Positions 1 to 13,583 of a DNA stretch of 64,000 nt are shown here, piece by piece. Source of the stretch: Camelus ferus (lineage: Eukaryota); NCBI RefSeq assembly GCF_009834535.1, contig NC_045696.1, forward strand, positions 48,486,001 to 48,550,000, written 5' to 3'. The notes beneath the pieces were generated by a model. That model was given only the letters and a program-made list of their open reading frames with translations, searched no databases and was not told where the DNA came from. Every line of letters begins with the position of its first letter. Within the stretch, counting starts at the first letter, position 1. A program made the position numbers and the translations under genes.

Positions 1-1307
1 GCTATTATTCTGTAAGCCCTTGGTTAGCTGTACTATCAGTGATATTGTGGACAGGAACACAAACTCATATCCACGGTATGATCCATTGCAAACAGAAAAA
101 AATGACTGTTCCCTCTAGGAAATGTTCCAATATCGTTCACCTTCCACACACAGAAAATTGCTGTGTATTTAAGGAATGATGCTAGAACAATTCTCAGCAT
201 CAGTCTCTTGGGTGGCATGCAAGGCATTCTACAGTGTCATTAGCTAATCAAGGATTTGAAGTAAGAGGGAGCTAAAGGCATTGGGTCCATACACATTCTT
301 CATCTGTATCTTCAGAGTTTCTCTCTTCTTTGTACCAGAACCAGATGATGATGGAGAAATAAAATGACATCCATTGGATGTGTTATTCTCTCCATCTAAA
401 ATATTTCCTTTAGAATTTCTTCTGAGTACACACTCACTAGTAGACATACGCTCTGTAGCTTTTCTCCTTGTGATAATTAAGTCTGCTCACTGGAAGACTA
501 TATTCTCATACCTGTCATTAAGGCAACCTCTAATTAAGTTCATAATGAGGCTTACAACAGCTGACATCACAGTGCATCTATATGTTAGCCATTTCTCTGC
601 TTTTCTCCTTTTGGGGGGTCAGTTTTTAACATGAATTTCTTCATAAGGTTATAGTTTGTGGAAGAAGCATAGGTACAATAGAAGTAGGTAATATGAGAGT
701 TTGAGTCACCAGTATATATAATTTACTTATGCTTTTTGGAGCTTCTTGGGCCCAGTACAAAATATACCATTTGCAGTATACAGTGGCTACTGTGCCTGTC
801 TGACTACATGATTCAGTGAATCTGATAATACCAAGCTCATGGTGGATAACTTCAGTTGCATAATCACTTGATGTTTCTGGTAAGACACTGGCAATGTTGA
901 GCTCCATCCAAGCCATTTGCTCCAAGAGAACATGAATGGTTAAGAAATCTTCCCCCCTTATGCATTCCAGGAAACATCTGATGACCAAAGGTTGTCCTGT
1001 TCTTGCATGGTCTAAGACTCAGCTCTCCCATTCCTGAAGGTCTCAGATAAGACCTGTCTCTAATCGTTGTTGTGATGCTCGTAAGACTCACACATGACTC
1101 AGTTGTCTGCTTGTGTTTATCTAATCCCAGATCCCTTCCATTTCTTCAAGACATTTCTGATTAATTAATATCTCCCCATGTCAGTGACCTGAATAAAACC
1201 ATCTTGTTAATTGTTGCATTTTGACTTTTAGGACATTCTGGTTTTTTTGAGCCCCATGGTATGCCAGAAGCTGTTCTACAAATGGTGAGTAATTTCTGCT
1301 GTACTCT

Positions 1308-2643
1308 AAAAATGTTGTACTGAGCATTTTTTCATGTGCCTTTTGATCATGTGTATGTCTTCCTTGGAGAATTGCTTGTTTAGGTCTTCTGCCCATTTTT
1401 GGATTGGGTTGTTTATTTTTTTCTTATTGAGTCATATGAGCTGCTTATATATTCTGGAGATCAAGCCTTTGTCGGTTTCATTTGCAAAAATTTTCTCCCA
1501 TTCCGTAGGTTGTCTTTTTGTTTTACTTATGGTTTCCTTTGCTGTGCAGAAGCTTGTAAGTTTCATTAGGTCCCATTTGTTTATTCTTGCTTTTATTTCT
1601 TCTAGGAGAAAATGTTTGAGATGTATGTCAGATAATGTTTTGCCTATGTTTTCCTCTAGGAGGTTTATTGTATCTTGTCTTATGTTTAAGTCTTTGATCC
1701 ATTTTGAGTTGATTTTTGTGTATGGTGTAAGGGAGTGTTCTAGCTTCATTGTTTTACATGCTGCTGTCCAGTTTTCCCAACACCATTTGCTGAAGAGACT
1801 GTCTGTATTCCATTGTATATTCTTGCCTCCTTTGTCGAAGATGAGTTGACCAAAAGTTTGTGGGTTCATTTCTGGGCTCTCTATTCTGTTCCATTGGCCT
1901 ATATGAGAAAACAGTGTGGAGATTCCTCAAAAGACTAGGAATAGACTTACCATATGACTCAGGAATCCTACTCCTGGGCTTGTATCCAGAAGGAACCCTA
2001 CTTCAGGATCCCACCTGCACCCCAATGTTCATAGCAGCACTATTTACAATAGCCAAAACATGGAAACAGCCTAAATGTCCATCAACAGGTGACTGGATAA
2101 AGAAGAAGTGGTATATTTATACAATGGAATACTACTCAGCCATAAAAACCGATAATATAACGCCATTTGCAGCAACATGGGTGCTCCTGGAGAATGTCAT
2201 TCTAAGTGAAGTAAGCCAGAAAGAGAAAGAAAAATACCATATGAGATCGCTCATATGTGGAATCTAAAAAACAAAAACAAAAACAAACAAACAAACAAAT
2301 AAAAACAAAGCATAAATATAGGACAGAAATAGACTCATAGACATAGAATACAGACTTGTGGTTGCCAGAGGGGTGGAGGGTGGGAAGGGATAGACTGGGA
2401 TTTCAAAATTGTAGAATAGATAAGCAAGATCATACTGTATAGCACAGGGAAATATACATAAAATCTTATGGTAGCTCACAGAGAAAAAAATGTGACAATG
2501 AGTGTGTATATGTCCATGTATGACTGAAAAATTGTGCTGAACACTGGAATTTGACACAACATTGTAAAATGATTATAAATCAAAAAATGTTAAAAAAAAA
2601 AACTGATACCAATGGAAAATAAAATAAAGAAAAATGTTGTACT
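1308..2643 (+). mobile_element. Young LINE-1, 5'-truncated and 5'-inverted (antisense ORF2 1322-1905; sense ORF2 end + 3'UTR 1906-2602)
   Basis: ORF 1432..1869(-) is clear L1 ORF2 ([25 protein letters not shown]). ORF 1860..2267(+) contains the ORF2 C-terminus ([36 protein letters not shown]). A-tail at 2592-2602. Perfect 14-bp TSD AAAAATGTTGTACT at 1308-1321 and 2630-2643. Confidence 0.97.
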
Positions 2644-2689
2644 ATTATTACTTTAAATTATTTTTAATTTTTAGAGTATTAGTTGGTTT

Positions 2690-3300
2690 TGATATTAAGA
2701 ATGATGTCAAAGTACATAAACCTTTTCTACATCTATTGAGATCCTGGTTTTCTACTACTAATGTAATATATAGTACATGAAATCAGTTTCTAATATTAAA
2801 CCAATAACATGTAAGGATATTTTTTACTTGATGGTATAGATTAGTCTTTCATTATATTATTTAATTTGAATGCCTAGTGTTATGTGCTTGCATTCATTCA
2901 TCTGTGAGTCTTTTTTTTGGTAAATGTAACAGAATATTTTATGAGATAGATACATTAGGTTCATTTCAGTAGATTCATGAAGTGAATTGTAAAGTGTACC
3001 ATATTTTTCATGCTCTAAAATATTTTATAATGTGGAAATTATCAATTTCCTAAGATTTTGAAAGAATTATTCAGTAAAAGTGCATCTTACTTGTTCTTTT
3101 TTGTTTGGTAAATGTATGTTTCAGATCAGTAACACGTTTTAATTATGCTACTTGTCTAGCTATTACATTTTGAGTCAATTTTAAAAATTTATTTTGTAGG
3201 AAATAAGATTTTAATGAAATTTTAAAAATTGTTAGTATGAATTTGCATATTTTATTATAATTAATAACTATATATATTTACATTTTCTTCTCAATCTTAG
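2690..3300 (-). mobile_element. Old, highly diverged L1 ORF2 fragment
   Basis: Decayed antisense L1 ORF2-like motifs (ttttctacatctattgagat, ttaaaccaa..., attcatgaagtgaattg...) in T-rich sequence. Confidence 0.55.
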
Positions 3301-6300
3301 GGAATTATGGTTACAAAACAGTGCAAATACTAGGGATCTTACAAAGTAATGGTCATGATATAACTAACACTTTGGGCAGTTCAAAGAGAGAAAGGGAGAA
3401 AATACTAAGAAATATTTCAAAGTTTTTAAAGATTTTGGATAAAATATTCATATTCTTAGAGTTTATATATTTGGCTTAGACTTTTGGGGTAATTTAAAAA
3501 CATAAGCTCAAATGTTTAATGCTTTACATAAATTTTATTGTTAGAGTTTGAAAGCAAGATAGATCTGGTATTTATCAATCTTTTCTAAGAGAGAAGAAAA
3601 TTTTACTTACCCTGATCTGAATCCTATCTTTTGAATCCTCTTACCCACCCATCCCCTTGGGGGAGGGAGAAGGTTGTTAGAATTATCCCAGGATGACTGA
3701 CAGTGGAGCTGTCCATCGCACTGAAAGGTAAAGGCTACTCTTGCACAGGGCTGCAGCCTGATCCTTTGGCCTCAACTGAAATCATGTAAGAGTGTGGCAG
3801 CTGTGTATTTCCCATAAGTGGGGCAATGAAAGTGCAATCTCAATGGCTCAGTATTAAAGTCGGTTCATGTTTTTCATACTCCCAATCGAGATTCAAATAA
3901 CATGGGTGTTTGATCTTATTCCAAGGTCATTTTGTCATAGAAAAATATATACCAGTATGTTAACAATGATTATACCTTGATTTGGGGTTTCCAGATTGCT
4001 TTACTAACTTCTGTTTTTATTATTTCTGTCTTCTGTTTTTCTATGATGATTGTATATTACCTGTGTATCAAAATAATGAGGAGAGGTATAAAATGAGCAA
4101 AAGACTGCTGGTAGTATATCTGCTAAAACAGTTACAGAGATTTAATCAGGAAATTGAATTATTAGTGATTTTTCCTTTCTTCTAAAGATAGTAGTTAGGA
4201 AAAAGTTTTATAAAAAGAGCTAAGGGAAAAGCTACCAGAGGCGGAATGAATGTGATAAATTTGTTATGATGAACAGAAAGAGAAGAATATCCCACTCTAC
4301 TTTTGATATTTACCAGCAACCTCCCTACACTGAAAGTTTTTAAGCTTCCTCTCTCCTGGGTTTTTGCTCATGATTTCAAGTGTTAGTGCCCCACTTTATT
4401 TTGGCTTTGAATGTTAGTTTTGTTTTTCCTAAACCCCTGTCTCTTTTTATTTGTATTCAGTTTTCAGGATCTCAAGCTCCCAAACTCTCTATAACCACTG
4501 CTCACGTGATGGATGTTCCCCTCTACCAATTTATTCATCACTGTCACTTTACAGTCATTTAAAATGAGGAAGTCTTTCACACTCTCAGAGTAGGGTATCT
4601 CTGGGGATTACTGTAACTGATCAGTTAGCATTTGAGCAATCTTGTCATAAATCATCTCAAATGCATTATAAAATGCAAGCTGTTTGAAATAAATAGTAAA
4701 GTTTAACAAATGTTTATAATAATGCTTCAGAGTAAATAAGTGATGAAATCACCAGTACAAGACTAGGAAGAGCAAGCTTTGTTAAATTTGTGTTTAAGAA
4801 GTAGCTAATCAAGCTGTTTCCACGAATTGAGGAATGTGGGTCATTTAAGACGAATGAACTGTTTTCTAAAATCAATAAATTATGGAATAATGAGAAAAAC
4901 AGTTTGTGTCCTCCGTGGGTACATGAATGCTTTTCTGGAGACTGCTTTGCTCAATTATTTGAAGAAAAGATTGGAACGCCTCCTTTGAAGGGAAACCAAA
5001 TTAGAACTGTGTCAAAATTCCACAGCAGCCAGTCTCCTGGGGCTCTTGTGGAACAGTCACTCCTTGGATTTTGGTAATGTTCCCTGTGTCGCAGTTAAGT
5101 TGATGCCATTTAGGAATTTTTCAGAAATTAAAGATGAGTACTCATGTGTTTTTGCAGTTTTGACTACTGGATTGTCTGGATACAGGTATGGATTAGAAGT
5201 TGTCACCAGGTTAAGTCTCTCTATTTATATTTTACTTCTTTCCTTTATGTGGATTGGGCAGCATACAATGCAAGTGATTTTCCATATGTGTGTGTGTGTG
5301 TATGTGTATAAATTATTTGTGTGTGTTATTTATAAATCAAATGAGGATGCGAGACACAAACAAACGTGAAATGGACCTGCTCCCGGATTTAGTTATTTCA
5401 CTCTGACCACTAGAATCATGCATGTAAGAGGTAGAGATAAGGCACCTTGTCCAGGTTCCTAGTTATTGTAACAAGACCAGCCATGTTTTGTGTTTGTTTG
5501 TTTTTATACAGGACTTACTGAAAATAGGAAAGGCTTTTTGTAGAAATAGGTAAAGCTCATCCTATACTGTTGTACAGTTAACTTTACATAATTATGAGCT
5601 ACCAAGTGTAAACAGTGGACTGGTTACTTCCTATTTCATCTTAAAGAAGAGGTAAACCATCTCAGTGAGCTCAGGAGAAAGGTTTCTGTTCTGGATTTCT
5701 TATTCAGACTTCCAAGCAATCTTCCTACGTGTTCCAGAAATATTAGTTTCTAATTTAAGAGTACTATTTCTAGACTGTTTTTATGTTCACTTCTGGACTT
5801 GCTTGAAGTACAGTCTTTCAGTTCTGAGTATTCATCATTTAACTTCTGTGGAAGCTGTGGTTCTTCTCTTGGAAGCTCTGTAAATAGGTAGCTTTGTCAG
5901 TTGGTGCTGGTTGCGAGGTGGTGAAGTTCTAGGTCTCTCTCTACTACCTGAGTGCTAACTGCTACAGTGTGTTCCCTTTGCTTTGATCGTTACTTTGTAA
6001 GAACCATGGTGTTTGGAGGGTTATTGTAAGTTCATATAATGGGGGCACAATATTTTTTTGACATAGAATCGCAGCTGAAAATCTATTTCCTCATTGGGGC
6101 AGGGACCTTGATTAAAACATCATTCCTGGTGGCAGCCACTTAGGGTGTTGTTAGTTATTTCACATCTGTGGTTACATGAGCCACCAGTCTCTCTGCTTTC
6201 TGCTCAGAGGTTTGACCTAGTGGCCAAAAATGAGATGAGGAAACCAGAAGCCAAGTTCATATGGATTAACAACCGAAGTACCAGCTAGCTCTGAGAAGCA

Positions 6301-6789
6301 TTATTTAATGGTAAAAATAAAATGCCAGCGAGCCAAGAGGCATTTCTAGGACAGCAAGCAATCAGCTACATCTGGATTTTAGGTATGAGGGAGTGTGTTC
6401 TGAATGGTGATGGTTACAAGTCCATGGAGAGAATGAATGCATGCATGAGGCAAGGAGGAAGAGAATGCCAATCTTGTTTGCCCAATTTCTGTAAATGCTG
6501 ACTAAGGCATTGGGATGAACTTGAGTAGGAATTTAGGACATCAGAGAACCAGGACTTAAGGAACTAAAAAATCCAGAAATGAACAAAACCAAGGCTGGTG
6601 ACAGATTAGTTTATGAAAACTGTTAAGATGTAAGCATTCTTCTGAAGGTCACCTAGTAGGAGATGCTCTTTCAGTTGTGAGGATCAGAAAACTTCCTCCA
6701 GGAAGAAAATTAAAGGATGGATATTATTTTAAAAATTAATACAGCTTATAGAATCCAAAGACTTGAAGGAGAGTACAGTTGGGTTTCTT

Positions 6790-7025
6790 GTGATTATAAT
6801 GAACAATACTGTATTATATACATGAAAGTTTCTAAGACTAAATCCTAAACGTTTTCATCACACAAAAAGAGTAATGTTAATTGTTTGACATGATAGGGGT
6901 GTTAGCTAATGCTATGGTAATAATCATTTTGTAATACATAGATGTATCAAATCAACATGTGGTACGCTTTACACTTATACAATGTTATGTATGTCAGTTG
7001 TAGCTCAATAAATCTGTATTAAAAA
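6790..7025 (+). mobile_element. L1 3' UTR end (L1MA-type)
   Basis: aacaatactgtattatatac...tgtatcaaatcaacatg...cttatacaatgttatg...ctcaataaa followed by an A-rich end. Confidence 0.85.
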
Positions 7026-7899
7026 GGACTTAGTTTATGATACTGGTACGGTGGTGGGAGTATCAAGGAAGAGGAACTAATTGGTGGTGAGACACTGCTT
7101 CTTAGGGATGGAATTTCTCATGGTTTCATGCTCACTAGAATCACCTGGTAGAGAAAGCTGTTACACCTGGGAGGTGTCAAAGACTGCCAGTGCTTGCTGG
7201 ATCAGCTTAACAAAGATCATAATTTAATGAGTATATGGTGGTATCTTTTTAATGATATATTTTTAAAGCTACTTTACAGTTAAGAATCACTGAATTGGAG
7301 TTCAGACTTACAAACTTCTTCTAGCATTTGCCCAATCCGATTTGACGCCATTTCCCTGGCACCCACAGAACACCTGTAACGTGACTTACTCTCATCATTT
7401 TCTTCCTGTGGTGGATTGTGCATATACAATAAGTTTTGTGTTTGATATGTTTGGAAGTTTTACAGTGAGATAGGTAAAAAAAATGAAAATACCATAATCA
7501 ATTTTTAATGTATGTTTTTAGGAAACTCAGAATGCTATTTCATTTTTAATTGGACCTACCAACTGTACCATTCCCCCTTTCCCTTGAGAAAAAGAAAATA
7601 TAATTTACATTAATACAGCAAATTGAATGTTTGAACATTTCTTTCATTTTTGTCTTAATCACCTATAGTTCTCAGTGGTTTGACTGGCAGCTGGTATCTG
7701 TTGATAATTGTGACAATGCTATGAGTCATATTATTCAAGTTATACCATAGTATGCCTTTTTAAGTAAAAGTAATAGTTGTAAAACTTTTACTTCTTACTA
7801 GTTACATATAGATAAGTCCAGGTGGTACAGGATTTATCTCAGAGTCCAGGAGATAGGATTGAATCAATCTACCATTATTTGCACCTAGAATCCTCAGCT

Positions 7900-8130
7900 A
7901 TAATCACAAGTCAGTAGTGCCGATTGGTTAAGAAGATAAGCTTTTGTGTTGGGTATGTGTGACCAGCTCTTAGCTCCGTCACGCACTTTCTTTTGTCCCT
8001 GGATGTTTTTATTCTCTCTGGGCTTTTCATTCCTCACATACAAAATTAGGATAGTTATAATCATCTCATGCACAGGATTGATAGTGTGCACATGGCACAT
8101 AGTGGGTCTTCAGAGAGTTAGCTGTTATTT
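7900..8130 (+). mobile_element. MIR SINE relic
   Basis: MIR core-like ctctctgggcttttcattcctcacatacaaaattagg and MIR/L2-type tail ggcacatagtgggt...gttagctgttatt. Confidence 0.7.
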
Positions 8131-11100
8131 GATTAATATTTTTGATGTTGGCTTCTTACATGGTTAGGTTAGACCTATGCATAATACCCTAACTGCCTAA
8201 CTGAAAGGCTATCTCCAGTGCCTCTCCTGTATCCCAAAGTCAAGTGGGATCTACCATAAAAATATCAATATACCTGTATACTCTATAATTTATTATGCCC
8301 CTTCAATGTGCTGAGTCTCTAATATCATCAGGGACCCTGTACCTATTTTACCTAAATTATCTTAATAGAAAATAAAATAAAAGTTCTAAATAATAATTGC
8401 TTTAACTCTCCCGTTTGAAATGCCTCCACTGCAATATATTGAAATTTTTTATAAAGATTCAAGTCAAGAACACATTTTCCTCTGGGAAGATTTATATCAG
8501 TGTCCTCAAAATGGTTATCTCTGGGTGAATATTATGGGCATTTAAATTTTTTTCTTCTATCTTGTATTTTCTGATTATTCTAAACTAAGTGATTATTTTT
8601 AAATAAAAATGATTTTTAATTAGTAACACATTACCTTCACCTTGGTATTGTAATTTTGATTATCATGCCACGCAATTTGCTCTATATGGTGATTAAGCCA
8701 CATAACTTTGAAATGTAGAAAGTACTTAAGTTGATGTTAGACTAACAGAAAATATTATATTCTGTTGAGAAAAGTCTCAAATTCTGTTGAGAAAGTTAAA
8801 ACTATTGTTGGAGCTTACATTATAGATGTTCTTGATATTAATTTGATATGCATTGAGTGAACGTAGTGTGCACATGGCACATAGTGGGTGAACATACCTT
8901 ATGTAAATTTAATGTTCAAAGTTTGAAAGGAAAATTTTTCTTGAGTCTGAAAACTTTAAATACTCAACAAAAGACTTAAAAACAATTGTACGCCTTGGGG
9001 GAAAATATAACACTTAGAAGCTGTCACTAGGCTCTTTTTAGGGCTTTATTTTATCACGTGAGTTGGACATTTGTTCCAAATTAATTGCTGCTTTTCAGTT
9101 TTTATACAGTGCATGTGTATTTTATGTCTCCCTTGCTTTGAGGGTTTTAAAACAAATGAACGTAATAGACTGCTTTGGATAAGATTCAAACTTTTTGGCA
9201 GACTCCTGAGTAACAAGAGCCAGTACTTAATCAAATAGTATGTTTGAGTCTCTTAGCTTTTTTTCAAGCTTTGAACCAGTGCTCTTTAACTTAACTGCCC
9301 ATCTGTCTTTTATGTAAACTTTTATTGCTTTTTAAGTGATAATATGTTATAAAGAAAATAGTACCTATCAGTAATTTAAATGCCCTTTTCTTCGAGTGTT
9401 TCTATTTTCAACGTTGATTTCTATTCATGTCAATATTTTACATTGTGTCATAGAAAGCAAACATCAGAATGAATTTTTTTCATTTTTATGCACACTGTTG
9501 ACACTTTCACAAGTTAAAATCTTTGAGATGTTTGTTAATATAAATATTTTCTTACATGCAGATATTTTGTTGAGTAAGTGAAAACCTGAGGTTAAGAAGG
9601 AGCTTGATATATATATGAATATATGTATTGAATATATATAGAATACATATTTACATATATTAAAACACCTGATGATTTCTGTTCTCCATACAGTTAATTA
9701 AACCTGATTTGTAAAATGACGACCATATTTTCTTATTCTAGATAAAGCTGTGGTATAGTAATAGAGACAAGAGTGAGATGGAGCAGAAAAGCCTCACAGA
9801 TGCTTGTCAGAACTCAAACTCTTTGGTATAAAAAAATGTCAGTTTTGGTATTGCAACTCCAAGGACATGAAGTCCATTGTGACTAGTCACATGGCTCTGT
9901 CCTGTGGTACCCTGCCGGGATACTGTTGCCATAGCATTGAAAGGCAAATCTAGCAACTAGCAGTGGTCTTCAGATGCTCTCTGCAATGGCAAATGATGTA
10001 TCATTTTTTTCTAATAAAAATTATGTAAATATGTCCCCCCAGAATTCTTGGGTCCACTTCATATTGATTACCAAGAATTGCTAATTATTTGAAACAATAA
10101 AGGAGGGTTATTTTAACATGGACACACTTTGTTCTGTTTGTTACATTTATGTTGCCTACTCAAGAATGAATAATGAATTAAATTGGGAATGAATAAGTTC
10201 AGTTTAGAGAGAAAAGTTAAAGCCTGTGAATATAAGCCTATTTCTCAAGTAACTTGTTGAACCCATACATTTCAGTTAAGGTTAAAAGTGTGTTTATGTA
10301 AATTATTAGGGTATTCTGAGCATCAATGGTGATTGTATGTTTATAATTCCTGTCAAACATTCAGGTTGTTAATGTTAGTATATACTGGGCTAGTAGAATA
10401 CATGTGTAAAAGGATAATACATGTTTTCTAAAAATGTATTCTCAATATTACTGCACTATATAAATCAAATCTGACTTACAGTCACCAGAGGAAGCATCGA
10501 AACTGATGTAAAACTACTTTCTACACTCTGAGAAAATAATGCACCAACTCATGTATCCAGAGAGACTTTAAAACTCTGTTTGCCCAAGCTGGCCTAAACT
10601 AATTAACTCGAAGTAATCTCTAGCAAGAAATACATCAAAGGCCCTCTGAATCTTTGAAAAATTAAAGTTGAAATTGTAATCTTTCATGGATAATGTGACA
10701 AATATTTTTACATCCTAAATATACTAAATTGGCCACCACTGAACCAAACATGCAAGACACAAATAACCTCCAAATTTAGATGTAATTAATATATTAAACT
10801 ACCTATGAAGACAAAGCACTTACAATTCACATATATTTTAAAAATTGGAATCTACCTTCTGTAGAAAACTGAGATCAGTGTATTTTAACTTTTGCTCTGT
10901 TAAGTTAAATAAACATAGTATATTCCCTGACCACTTTATTGCTTTAAAATCATTTGGATGTTATGTTTTGTACACTGGTGTATTTTCTGAAAATTTCTAT
11001 ATTTCTATTACAAGACAAAGAATAAATCAGGTACACCTTCCTTCGAATTTGTTAAATGTAAATTGAATATTAACTCTGTAAATGCCTTCTGAGTTATTTC

Positions 11101-13284
11101 CAAATTACTAAAGTAAAAAATGAAAATATTTGCTAACTGTAATTGTGCATTGTAGCAGTCACTGGGTGGTAGGCACTTTCTGTAATCTAATCTTCATAAG
11201 GAACAAGTAGTAAACATTTTAATCTGAAGAATTGGTATCATTTCCTTTCTTAAAAGTTTGGTAGAATTTTCCAGTAAAAGTATATGGGCCTATGCTCTAT
11301 CATTATGGAATGTTACTAATTATTAATTCAATGTATTTAATAGGTATTGGCCTATGCAGATAACCTGTTTTTCCTTATGTGAGTTTTGGTAGTTTGTGTC
11401 TTTTAAGGAATTGATCCTTTTCATCTAGGTTATAGTATTTATGGGAATACAGTTTTGTTTTGTTTTTTTACAGTATTCCTTTATTACCCTTTAATGTCTA
11501 CAGGACCCATAGTGATGACCCTCTTTTTCATTTATAATACTCTTAATTTGTGTCTTCTCTCTTTTTTATTATTCAGCTTGGCTGCAGTTTTATTAATTTT
11601 ATTTCAGATAACCAATTTATCAATTCTTTTCAAATAACTAGGTTAAGTTTTATTGATTTTCTCTATTGATTTCCTGCTTTCAATTTCATTGTTTTCTGCT
11701 CTGATTTTTATTATTTTTTATGCTTGCTTTAGACCTAAATTGTTCTTCTTTATCTAGTTTCCATAGGTGTAAGCTGAGATTATTGATTCAGAGTTTTCTT
11801 TTCTCATATATGCATTTAATATAAACTTCCCTTTAAGCACAATGTGCATTCACTGCTCTCATAAATTTTGATAAACTGTATTTAAATTTTTATTTAGTAC
11901 AAAGTTTGTTAAATTTATTTTGAGACTTTTTTGACCTAGTATCATGTAAAAGTGTGTTATTTTATCTCCAAATTTAGGAATTTTCCAACTTTCTGTTGCT
12001 GATATCTAGTATTTAATTTTGATTTAATTCCGTTGTGATCTGAGAGTGTATTTTGTGTGATTTCTATTCTTTCAAATTTGTTGAGATGTGTTTTATGACC
12101 TACAATGTGGTTTACTGAATTTCCACATGAGTCTGTGAAGGATACATTGCTGTCGCTACATGAAATACACCATAGGTATCATCATAACTAGATTGAGTTG
12201 ACTGAGAGTGCTCTTCAGGGCAACTTTATTCTTACTGATTATCTGCCTGCTTGGTCTATCAGTCACTAAAAGAGGAGCCTTGAAGCCATTAACTATAATC
12301 ATATATTTGTTGACTTATCTTTTCAATTCTAGCAAATTTTGTTACCATACATTCTAATTATCTTTTGTTAGGTGTATACATATTAAGGATCATTGTCTTA
12401 CTGAGACCTGATACCTTTATCAATATGTAATGTTTCTCTATCCCTGATGATTTTCCTTGTTCTTAACTTTCCTTGGCTTTGTGTGAAATTAATATAGCTA
12501 TTCTATACTTTCCTTTGCTTAGTGTTATCATAGTATATCTTCCCCAGTTCCTTTACTTTTAACCTATTGGAATCCATTTATATTAAAATAGATTTCTTGT
12601 AGATAACATATAGTTGTATACAGTTAGAACTTTTTTTTAAATTTATCCACTCTCATAAGTTTTGTATTTCAATTGGTATATTTATACTGCTGACAGTCAG
12701 AGTGTTAGTTGGATTAATTCCCACCAAGTTTGAAATTGTTTTCTGTTTGTTGCACTTTCTTCGCTTTTTTCCCCCTGCCTTTTCGGTTTTAATAGAGCAT
12801 TTTTTACAGTTCTATTTTATTTCTTTTCTTAGCACATAAATTGTACTTCTGTTTCAGTCTTTTTAGTGATTTCTCTAGTCTTTGCAATACACATTTTAAA
12901 CTAATCTAAATCCATCTTCTGATAACTCTGTTATCACTTCACGTGTAGTGCAGATACTTCATAACCGTACTCCCAGTTCCTTCCTTACATCCTTTATAAT
13001 ACAGACGTCTTTCATTTCATTTATCCATATGCTGTACCACCCAATACTTCAAACAAAAGTTGTCTTTTAGATAAATTAACAATAAAAAACCCAGATTTTA
13101 TTTTACCTTTATTTACTTGTTTGTTTTTCCTGTGCTCTTCCTTTACTTACGTATACCTGAATTCATGTCCTGTGTCATTTTCCTTCTCCCTTAAGAACTC
13201 TTTATCATATCTGGTGGGACAGATGTGCTCCTGATGAACTCTGGTTTTACTTTTCTGAGAAAGTCTTTATTTCTCCTTCATTTT

Positions 13285-13396
13285 GGCATTCTTTTTTATT
13301 AAAGTATAGTCAGTTTACAATGTCATGTCAATTTCTGATGTACAGAATAATGTTTCAGTCGTAACTATACATACATGTATTCATTTTCATATTCTT
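13285..13396 (-). mobile_element. Short 5'-truncated L1 3' end nested in older L1
   Basis: ttttttattaaagtatagtcagtttacaatg... (antisense L1 3' end). 19-bp TSD with one mismatch, tttatttctc[c/t]ttcatttt, at 13266-13284 and 13397-13415. Confidence 0.85.
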
Positions 13397-13583
13397 TTTA
13401 TTTCTCTTTCATTTTTGGAAGATAATTTCACTGGATATGGAATTCCAAGTTTGTTTACTTTCTTTTGATATTTTGAATATTTTACTCCACTCTCTTCTTG
13501 CTTGCATGGTTTCTGAGAAGGCTGCTGTAAATCTTACACTTGTTCTTGTGTTGGCCTCTTTCATTTTTCCCTTTGTCTTTAAT

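Noticed and set aside
1334..1849. 171-aa hydrophobic ORF on the + strand
   Set aside because: It is the antisense reading of L1 ORF2, a well-known spurious ORF class.
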